Assembly (NCBI GenBank): GCA_964016885.1
Contig: OZ024746.1
Coordinates: forward strand, 94,984,001-95,048,000
DNA: 64,000 nucleotides
Source: Eledone cirrhosa
Taxonomy: Eukaryota
Direction: 5' to 3'
The notes below the pieces were generated by a model. The model did not search any database. It saw only the letters and a list, made by a program, of their open reading frames with translations, and was not told the origin of the DNA. Made by a program: the position numbers and the translations under genes. Shown here piece by piece: positions 54,066-64,000 of the stretch; position 1 is the first letter of the stretch; every line of letters starts with the position of its first letter.

Positions 54066-54306
54066 CGTGTTATGTCCTGGAGCAGGACACTTTATTTCGC
54101 GTTGCTCCAATCCACTTAGGTGGAAAAAATTAGTTGTACCTGTAATTTGAAGAGCCAGCCCTGTCACATTCTGTGTCGCGCTGAATCTCCCCGAGAACTA
54201 CGTTAAGGGTAGATGTGTCTGTGGAATGCTCAGCCACTTGCATGTCAAATTAACGAGCAGTTTGTTCCGTTGAACGAATCACTCGTCGTCTTAACCGACG
54301 GAGTGC
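54066..54306 (+). mobile_element. SINE family B body and 3' part
   Basis: TGTCCTGGAGCAGGACACTT...GAATCTCCCCGAGAACTACGTTAAGGG...AACCGACGGAGTG. Confidence 0.85.
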
Positions 54307-54429
54307 TTCATGTATGTACGTACGTACGCATGTGTGCTGCTGCTCGCCTCTCTCTCGCCTTTTTTTCTGTTCAGATATGGAGAATGGATGGGCCCTGCCA
54401 TGTTTAAAGTGCCCAAGACACATCGTATG

Positions 54430-54566
54430 CTGGCCTGGTAATTTTTTTATCGACCTCAAATGGATGAAAGTCAAATTTGACGAGGCGGGATTTGAACTCA
54501 GTATACGTTTATAGTCGGTACGAATGCCACAAATATCCGACGTTCTAACGACTCCGATTCGCCGCT
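54430..54566 (-). mobile_element. Old family-A-related SINE
   Basis: TTTATCGACC...GGCGGGATTTGAACTCAG...ATCCGACG. Confidence 0.75.
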
Positions 54567-55093
54567 TACCCTCGGGTCTCGAATAATAGCCCCGCCACCA
54601 CCACCCGCTTATAAACGTTTCACATTTTTTTCACATTCCTTCGCCCTTATTCCATCCCTAATCCCGCTTCTTAAATTTTGCTAATCTATCTCCGGCGAAA
54701 TTTTTTTTTTTTTTAATCGACGGAGATAACCTAGAAAAAATTACCGATTTACCAACCCCTCACTTATCCCACCCCCGCTTATTGAAGATCCCCTTCTTAT
54801 TCCACCCCAACCCACTTATTCCTTTTTCTTCTTCTTCACCCACTTATTCCTGTGAGGGTCGTGAGGGCAGAGTCCTCAAACACTCCTTCCAGTTGGTTCT
54901 GTCCGAAGCAACCGTCTACAACTGATCTGGCTGGATCCCCAAGCGAGACCAACCAAGCACATGGATGTCATCAAACCATCTTGCTCGGAGCCTACCCTGG
55001 GTCTCCTGCTACTTGGTTGTGCCCGTAAAATCTGTCCTGCGATTTTTCCTGAGACATTCTAACCCCTCCTCCTATTATTTGGGACTCGAAGTA
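54567..55093. mobile_element. TA-flanked MITE (family H) carrying an RTE-type family K fragment (~54825-55060, minus)
   Basis: TACCCTCGGGTCTCGAATAA ... TTATTTGGGACTCGAAGTA; insert homologous to 25270 and 60290. Confidence 0.55.
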
Positions 55094-55280
55094 CGCGGAA
55101 TATACTACAGCTTTAATTTGATAGATATTCTTTTATTTTTTTTGTTATCAATAAATACCAACATATACCAAATTAATACTAGTAACAGCTGGTAGTCTTC
55201 ATACATTATTCATTTCATCTATTATTGATTTGACATATTTCAACAAAAAGCAATGTTATTTTATATTATCTATATATATA

Positions 55281-55452
55281 GATAGTAGAGGGTCGGATGC
55301 CATGCTTTGGGGCATAGAGTTACGGCCCTTGCCATTCTGAGTTCAAATCCCGCCGAGGTTAACTTTGCCTTTCATCCTAACGGGGGTCGATAAAATAAAG
55401 TACCAGTAATACACTGGGATAATTGCTGGCCTTGTGCCTAAAGTAGAAACAA
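55281..55452 (+). mobile_element. SINE family A with 15-bp TSD
   Basis: TTATCTATATATATA at 55266-55280 and 55453-55467. Confidence 0.92.
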
Positions 55453-55455
55453 TTA

Positions 55456-56108
55456 TCTATATATATAAAACTGAGGATGTCTGTCTGTGTGTGTCTGTCT
55501 GTGAGTTTAAATCCCTAAAACTCGAAGTACCCAACCGATTTTTTTCAAACTTTACATGTGTATTACTTATGTTTCAGGGAGTGTTATGATATATAAAAAA
55601 ATTCAACTTTTTGATCCCCTAGGTGAATTTTGATACCCTTGGGTGAAAAACTGCGCTTTTTTCATCTTTTTTGTTTTTATTAGGCGTTACGTCAGACCAA
55701 TTTCCTTGAAATTGTAACTATGTATTAGTCTGTCTGTTCTTCATACCGTGAGCAAAGAAAATCCAACTTGTTTATGGCCTAGGGCCCGCATTAGGTGAAA
55801 AACTTCATTTTTTTTCAGCTTTTTAGGGATTTTTTGAGGCGTTACGTCTAGCGGATTTCCCGAAATTTCAAGGCATATTATGCACATAAAAGAAATTCAT
55901 TTTCTTGATCCCATAGGGCCCGTATTAGGTGAAAACCTGCATTTTTCCTGCTTCATCGAGGAAAATCTTAAAGATTATCCAGCCATCAGAGTAGTCGGTT
56001 TATTTTCTTTACATATTGTCCAGGCATGCAGTTTTTCCACGATTAGGTCTGTTGGCGGCCCGCGTTCCAAAATACCTTATCCCGTTCAACGCCGGGTACC
56101 ACTGCTAG
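55456..56108 (+). mobile_element. Non-autonomous Helitron
   Basis: A|TCTATATATATAAAA, (GTCT)n, AACCGATT; 3' CCCGTTCAACGCCGGG hairpin, CTAG|T. Confidence 0.85.
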
Positions 56109-56111
56109 TAA

Positions 56112-56544
56112 TCTATATATCTAAAACTGCATTACGACATTATGACGCTATATGTGTGTGTGTGTATATGTATATATAGTGTGTGTATATATATATTATA
56201 TATATATATATATATTATATATATATATATTATATATATATATATATAATTATATATTCGTGTACAGATATTTTTGCATACACAATAACAAAATATAAAC
56301 AAACGAATTTATTTCACGAGGCTCAACAGCAGCAAAAACAACAACAAAAAAGAGAGGGAACGCAATTACATGCTTTTGAAAAATCTTAATGGAAAATGAT
56401 TTGCCTATTCACCCAAGGCGACTTCACTTTTTATTAGGACTTCTGCATCAATTAGTGAACATACGACGAAACTGTTTCAGACAGGAGGGATAAACATACC
56501 AATCTATGTTTAGAATCCCGAGCAACGCCGGGCCATTCTGCTAG
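56112..56544 (+). mobile_element. Second non-autonomous Helitron, in tandem
   Basis: A|TCTATATATCTAAAAC ... CCCGAGCAACGCCGGGCCATTCTGCTAG|T. Confidence 0.82.
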
Positions 56545-56800
56545 TATTTATTAGAATACAAATTTTAAAGGTATTCTTAAATTTCCACCGTTATAATATT
56601 TTGAATAATTCCTAAGATAATCCTTTCTTCAAAAGCACTTCAGGGTGGAGTACATACACATAAACACACACACAAACACACAGGCATACATACACACACA
56701 TGCATACATACACACACATGCATACATACACACACATAAACACACATACATGCATACATACACACACACACATGAATACATACATATATATATATATGTA

Positions 56801-56831
<31 letters not shown>

Positions 56832-57077
56832 ATAAACAACATAGGTGACTACGTATAAAATAACTAATAAAAGAAATGATGTTCTGTCAGAAGTTTTTAA
56901 AGATAAATTTGGTGCCTTTTATCTTCCCTGTTATATATATATATATATATATATATAGTGTGTGTGTGTGCGTAGTATATATATACATCCATATGTGTGT
57001 GTGTATGTATATATATGTATGTTTATATATATTATGTTTTTATGTATGTATATATATTTATACATATATATATATTT

Positions 57078-57124
<47 letters not shown>

Positions 57125-57580
57125 CATTCTTCTACTTCAACGACAATGTCTTTATAATGGTATTTGCCGATTCCATGACTAATAGCGTTTATTCCACGTT
57201 TAAACAGTGGCAAGCCACGAATGAAAACGTCAGCCTTATCCAATCTATATAGAACACAACACTACACCAAACTGATTGTTCTCTGAGAGAAGGCATGATA
57301 AACACCGTGATATGATAACATACCGACGTGTTAGATGGATGGACCGACGGACAGAGAGACGGATGGACAGGCGGGGCGGGCTGTTACGGGGGAGGGGGTC
57401 AGTGGGGGCTGAGGGATGGACTGGATGGTGGTGGTGGTGGTGGAAGTAGTAGTAGTAGTAGTAGTAGTAGCGGCATAACAAAGAAGTCTGCAGTTCTTGG
57501 TTTTCTCGCCATAAAAGCAGATATTTGAAGACGATACGATTCAACTTCTAGTTTTCGTCACTAGCAAACATACTGACTAT

Positions 57581-57957
57581 GGCGGTGGGTTGGAGTATTG
57601 GTAGAGGGTCGGACGCCATGCTTTGACGCATTGAGTTATGGCCCTTGCCATTCTGAGTTCAAATCCCGCCGAGGTTAACTTTGCTTTTCATCCTTACGGG
57701 GTCGATAAAATAAAGTACCAGTAATTGCTGGCCTTGTGCCAAAAGTAGAAACAATTACTTACTATGGCGGTGGTTGGCAGTATCGGTAGAGGGTCGGACG
57801 CCATGCTTTGTAGCAGAGATTTAAGGCCCTTTATGGTCTGAGTTCAAATCCCGCCGAGGTTAACTTTGCCTTTCATCCTTACGGGGGTCGATAAAATAAA
57901 GTACCAGTAATACACTGGTTAATTGCTGGCCTTGTGCCAAAAGTAGAAACAATTAAT
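57581..57957 (+). mobile_element. SINE family A dimer
   Basis: Two full copies; TACT(G/T)ACTAT precedes both. Confidence 0.93.
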
Positions 57958-57961
57958 TACT

Positions 57962-58000
<39 letters not shown>

Positions 58001-58039
58001 ACTCTGTGTGTGTGTGTATGTTGCACTCAGTGTACAGTG

Positions 58040-58146
58040 TGAGGCTGCGCAGATTAGTGATTAGGATGTCCAGCTCATCATCGTAAGGTCGTTAGTTCGA
58101 TTCCCTGACTTGGAAGAGCATTGTGTCCTTGAGCAAAACACTTTAC
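58040..58146 (+). mobile_element. SINE family B 5' half
   Basis: AGTTCGATTCCC...TGTGTCCTTGAGCAAAACACTT. Confidence 0.75.
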
Positions 58147-58651
58147 TTTATAACAGTTTTGTAGTTTGCTTGAAGCCTTGTTGAATAGGAAACACAAATT
58201 TAAATAATTTTGAAAACCATTCAATGCATTAGAAAATTAAACACTCGCAATTAAGAAGAAACAGGGCCGCCCCTAGAAGCATTGGATTTGGTGTACTTCA
58301 TATTTATTTCGGTTGCTGAATACAATCAGAGGTCGCTGCTTCTCCTGAAGGTCAATAGTTCTCTTCTAACTTGAGCGGGAGCGCATTTCCATTGTCAATT
58401 TGCATTGATCATCTGCAAAGCCACATTGTTCTCAGAACCACTACACCAGTCTTTCGATGTGTGCAGCTGGAACTACTGCCACCCATTGATCTGGCAGGAT
58501 TTTTTTTTCTTTTTAGATGGCCGTTGACTCTTATGGGTTCTTCCGCCCTTTGTCAGGCTTTGTTTTTTTTTTTTGTCCTGCAGGGTGTCCAAAATCACAA
58601 AGCTAAACTCGTCGGAATTTGAACTCCGTGTGCAGTGAGCCAGATCAAATA

Positions 58652-59067
58652 CCGAAAATCCTGGAGGGACTAGCACCAAACTTTGGCATTGGGAGCTGGA
58701 CCAACCCCCGAACAGGACGTCACTGTGTGGTACCAAAGGTCCCGTCTTTCACATCTAGAATAAGGAGCAGATATTGAAATAGCCTGGGATTCAAGGGCCC
58801 TCAACTCTTCAACAAGCTGCCGAGGGATCTGAGAGATATGCATGGTGTGGACGTGGATGTTTTCAAGAAACATCTCGACACCTTGCTCTCCGGGATCCCG
58901 GATGAGCCCACAGCAAGGCACGAGGGAAACCTAAGGGCAGCAGCAACGGACTCCTTCTTGCACCAGTGGCCAACCAATACAGGCTGGAGATAAAATGTGT
59001 AGCAACAAGGGCGGTGCCCGAGTATGGCCTCAGCCGGATGGCTGGAACAGGTAAAAGAATAAAAGAG
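58652..59067 (+). mobile_element. CR1-group LINE 3' end
   Basis: KILEGLAPNFGI...RTGRHC; FKGPQLFNKLPRDLR...FKKHLD..L..IPDEP; tail GTAAAAGAATAAAAG. Confidence 0.88.
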
Positions 59068-59289
59068 TATATTTACTACGACGCCCTAACCACTCAGTCA
59101 ATAAACTAGCCTAGCCGATAATATATATTTCTTCAAGCGGTGAAATAGCTGAGTCATTAAAATGTCGGAGTGAATACCTACGTATTTGTTCCGGCTGACT
59201 GCGCCCACAGTTCAAATTCTACTGATTTGCATTTCATCCTTTCAAGGTCGATAAATGTAGCACAAGTCCAGCACGGGCATCGATTTCTG

Positions 59290-59526
59290 CTCTATATCTC
59301 TTTCACACTTTCCCCTCTTTCTCACCCCCTCACACCCCCTCTCTTTCACTCTCTCACCCTCTCTCTTTCTCACCCTCTCTCTTTCTCACCCCTCACACCT
59401 CCACTCTTTGTCTCTCTCACTGTCTCTCTCTCACCCTCTCTTTCTCACCCTCTCTTTCTCACCCCTCACACCCTTTCTCTTTCTCTCTCGCACTGTCTCT
59501 CTCTCACTCTCTCTCTCTTTCTATCG

Positions 59527-59585
<59 letters not shown>

Positions 59586-59835
59586 TTTCTCTCTCACTCC
59601 CTCTCTCTCTCTCACTCGTTCTCTCTCTCTCACTCGTTCTCTCTCTTTCTCTCTCGTTCTCTCTCTTTCTCTCTCTTTCTCTCTCGTTCTCTCCCTTTCT
59701 CTCTCGTTCTCTCTCTTTCTCTCTCTCACTCCTCTCTCTCACCCCCTCTCTCACCCTCTCTCCCTCTCACCCTCTCTCTCTCACCCCCCTCTCACTCTCA
59801 CTCTCTCTCATCCTCTCTATCTATCTATCTCTCTG
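59290..59835. repeat. (TC)n/(TTTC)n polypyrimidine tract
   Basis: Direct inspection. Confidence 0.95.
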
Positions 59836-60289
59836 ATTAAATGTATATCAGCTGTGACTACATCATATTTCATTTCTCTTACCGTATATGTAGGCAACTT
59901 CATGTTCTCATTATTCAGAAGGGGGGTATGAATTGAGGGATGTTTGGTTGTTGTTTTTAGCACGTCGAGTGACTACATAGACACTCCGACGTTGGCTAGT
60001 AGTGGTGGTGGTGGGGAAGTGGAGGAGGGGAAGGGCCGTAGATACAACATGGCCGAGTGGTTAAGAAGTTATATCTATTATTGTACTTGTCTCCGTTTGT
60101 TAATTATCTTGTTGATCGTAAAATGAATGGGCAATGACCGAAATAACACGATCACAAATACTGGGGATCCTCCGAAGGGTCTGTGGCGTAATGTTACTCG
60201 ATAGAGTGCATAGTTTGGAGATAAGAGAGTCACTCCAGGTAGAGCTGCTACTTCTCTGAATTGAGAGATCACAGTTCCGATACTATGGA

Positions 60290-60530
60290 CATGTGGTTAG
60301 AATGTCTCAGGAAAGAATCTCAGGGACAGATTTTCCGGGAAAAACCAACCGGCAAGAGATCCAGAGGTAGACCCCAAGCAAGATGGTTGGATAACATCCA
60401 TGAGCTTGGCTGGTCTCACTTGGGGATTCATCCGGATCAGTTGGAGACGGTTGCTTATGACAGGACCCGCGTGTTTGAGGACTCTGCCTCCAAGATCCCC
60501 TCAATAATAAGTGGGCGAGGTAGAAGATCG
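60290..60530 (+). mobile_element. RTE-type family K 3' fragment
   Basis: PTGKRSRGRPQARWLDNIHELGWSHLGI. Confidence 0.78.
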
Positions 60531-60594
60531 CAAAATGTCTAGCTGTTTGGAAGCCCGTCTGTTGAACTGTACCTATAATTCAACTTGCCAACTT

Positions 60595-60750
60595 CATCAC
60601 ACACTGTGTAACGCTGAATTTCCATGCGAATTATGTGTGCGAATTATGTGTGCATGTGTCTGAGGAATGTTCAGCCATTTGTACGTTAATTTTATGAGCA
60701 GGCTGTTCCGTTGATCATACAACTGGAACACTCATCGTTGAAACCGACTT
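60595..60750 (+). mobile_element. SINE family B 3' part
   Basis: GAATGTTCAGCCATTTGTACGTTAATTTTATGAGCAGGCTGTTCCGTTGATC. Confidence 0.75.
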
Positions 60751-61029
60751 AGGTCCCATTGCACACCGGGGAGTTGGTAACGGTGGCGGTGTTGATGGTG
60801 GTGACGGTGATTATAATAGTGTTTCTGAAATATGTTGTTAGATTGGCCACCCACATTAAATTTTCAATGGATGTCCTTTGTTCTCCCAACAGTATTTTAA
60901 TGACTTCTGCTACTGGCGTCGTTTTTATTGGAGGATTGAGGTGGTGCTGGTGATGGTGTGGGGGAAGAGGAGGATTGAATTATTTTACAATCCACAAGAG
61001 GACAGATGGTCATAGCCTAACTGTGGCTC

Positions 61030-61328
61030 AGGGAAAATGAAATAATCAGATGATCCAGAGGACAGGTTCAATGTGTCCGAACACGGAAGAGCCGAACTCC
61101 CACCATCATCGTCCTCCCTGTCTCTCTGTATAGTGAGAAAAGGGAGTCCCATGGGTTGGCCGCCCCACAGCCTCGGCGGACAGAATGGAGAAGGTGTTTC
61201 CCCGGAGGATGGTAAGGAAGATGCGCTGGAAGAGCCATTCCATCTCGCGAGGCTCACACCTGCGGCTGGCCAGCTCAGCGCCTATGGTGGTGAGTAGGGA
61301 GGTAGCCCTGGGGCCAAGGACACCAGAA
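61030..61328 (-). mobile_element. CRE-like non-LTR 3' fragment
   Basis: SGVLGPRATSLL...EMEWLFQRIFLTILRGNTFSILSA. Confidence 0.8.
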
Positions 61329-61392
61329 AGATACTTTTGACCACCCATTGAGAAGAAATACGCAACGACATCTAAACGGACTTGTTTTATCA

Positions 61393-61439
<47 letters not shown>

Positions 61440-61440
<1 letters not shown>

Positions 61441-61634
61441 ACAAAGGTGTGGTAAGACACCAGGTGGACCATAACGCACCATAGTACTCGATACTTAGGG
61501 TGGTAGCGTGGGTAATAGGAAAAGTGTCAGGAGCCCGACGGCTGAGCTCCGGCCATCTCGACAGCTAGATCCGAACAGTTCGGATCTAGCTGTCGAAACG
61601 GCCGGAGCTCAGCCGTCGGGCTCCTGACACTTTT

Positions 61635-61639
<5 letters not shown>
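61440..61639 (-). mobile_element. Fold-back family C copy: near-perfect 125-bp palindrome + tail
   Basis: Palindrome 61515-61639; tail 61440-61514; (TA)n on both sides. Confidence 0.9.
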
Positions 61640-61669
<30 letters not shown>

Positions 61670-61673
<4 letters not shown>

Positions 61674-61849
61674 ATACTTTGGGAGGGTCATGTTGCCAAT
61701 AAGAAACACACGCACGAGCTGCTTTCACTTCAATTTATTATAATAAATTTATAAATTCCTAAACAAATAAATTTATTATAATAAATTGAAGTGAAAGCAA
61801 CTGGTGCGTGTGTTTCTTATTGGCAACATGACCCTCCCAAAGTATAACA
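61670..61849. mobile_element. Fold-back family D copy (~80-bp arms)
   Basis: TGTTATACTTTGGGAGGG...GCTTTCACTTCAATTT / AAATTGAAGTGAAAGC...CCCTCCCAAAGTATAACA. Confidence 0.9.
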
Positions 61850-61859
61850 TATATATATA

Positions 61860-62312
61860 TATCTAAAACAGAGAATATCTGTCTGTCTGTCTGACTCCAT
61901 AAAACTCGAGAACCACCCAACCGATTGTTTTCAAACTTTACACATGTAATACTTATGGTCCTGTGAATGTTTTAAACAAAAGATATTTCAAATTTTCAAT
62001 GCCCTGGGGACCGCATTAGGCGATTTAGCGATCTCTCTCTATAATTATTAGTCTTTCTTTTTAGATAGATACATAGATATAACGTTGCGCCCTTATAATA
62101 TCTGTCTGTATGTCTGGCTGTCTGCATTACGATATTATGACGTCGCTATCTGTGTGTATGTATATATATAGTGTGTGTGTGTGTGTATATATATATAGAG
62201 TGTAACGTTTTTCGAAATATTTACTTCTGCGTTCACAGATTGATTTTCTTAGTTTCAGAAGATCCTGTTAAGGGTGAAAGCAACGATTCTTTGCTTAAAC
62301 TTTAATCTGTTA

Positions 62313-62377
<65 letters not shown>

Positions 62378-62625
62378 CAGTACAGATATTTTTGCATACA
62401 CAATAACAAAATATAAACAAAACTATTTATTTCGCGATAAAGTATTGATTTTCTTCGCGCGGTAATCTGGTAATCTACGACGAATTTTTTTATAAGCACA
62501 AAATGTAGAAATTGTAGACACCATCGTAGGCCGAGGTATTCGTGCTTCTCTGTACTGTTTCAGAAAGGAGGGATAAACATGCCAATCTATGTTTAGAATC
62601 CGAGCAACGCCGGGCTATTCTGCTA

Positions 62626-62626
<1 letters not shown>
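61860..62626 (+). mobile_element. Composite non-autonomous Helitron containing a family F fragment (~62205-62320)
   Basis: 5' part homologous to 55470-55600, 3' part to 56130-56544; ends CCGAGCAACGCCGGGCTATTCTGCTAG|T. Confidence 0.8.
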
Positions 62627-62688
<62 letters not shown>

Positions 62689-63016
62689 CTTGAAAAGCTT
62701 CAGTTATGCAAATTAAACTAACCACGTGCATGTCAAAGCAACAATTTGATTGGATATTAAATGTTAGACGTCATATATGCGACAGAAATCTACGAATTGT
62801 AATGTTTAAGCAACCGATAATCGTTCAATGTGTATGATTGTTTAGTGAGCTTCTATGTATGTGTGTATTTTAGTCTAGCTGTGTGTGTGTGTGTGTGTGT
62901 GTGTGTGAGTGTGTTGATGTGTGTACCTGTATCTACCTGTAGATATAACTATCTATGGATGTAAATAGATATATAGCAGTGTGTAGGTGTGCACAAATTT
63001 GCGCGTGACTGCGGTA

Positions 63017-64000
<984 letters not shown>

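Overview
Repeat-saturated, AT-rich eukaryotic non-coding DNA. The SINE families suggest an octopod cephalopod; this is inferred from recalled family resemblance, not a database hit. I can support no intact host gene, RNA gene or CRISPR array, and nearly all long ORFs in the track are microsatellite artefacts. The window holds kb-scale (TA)n, (TG)n and (CAC/GTG)n tracts, minisatellites with 22, 30, 38, ~52 and 103 bp units, ~25 tRNA-derived SINE copies, decayed LINE fragments (CR1, RTE, L1/Tx1, Vingi, CRE-like, RLE), non-autonomous Helitrons, MITEs, and a 200-N gap flanked by a probable false duplication. The most interesting signal is several unrelated short families embedded in (TA)n. They share a palindrome + unique tail architecture and carry minimal hammerhead-ribozyme (HHR) motifs, and in several the fold-back axis sits on the hairpin preceding GAAA. 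This suggests Penelope-like-element (PLE) derived fold-back insertions. Also notable are an RTE copy with twin-priming geometry and a TSD, and a Helitron whose empty site can be rebuilt from flanking tandem repeats. Coordinates were read by eye and may be off by a few bp.
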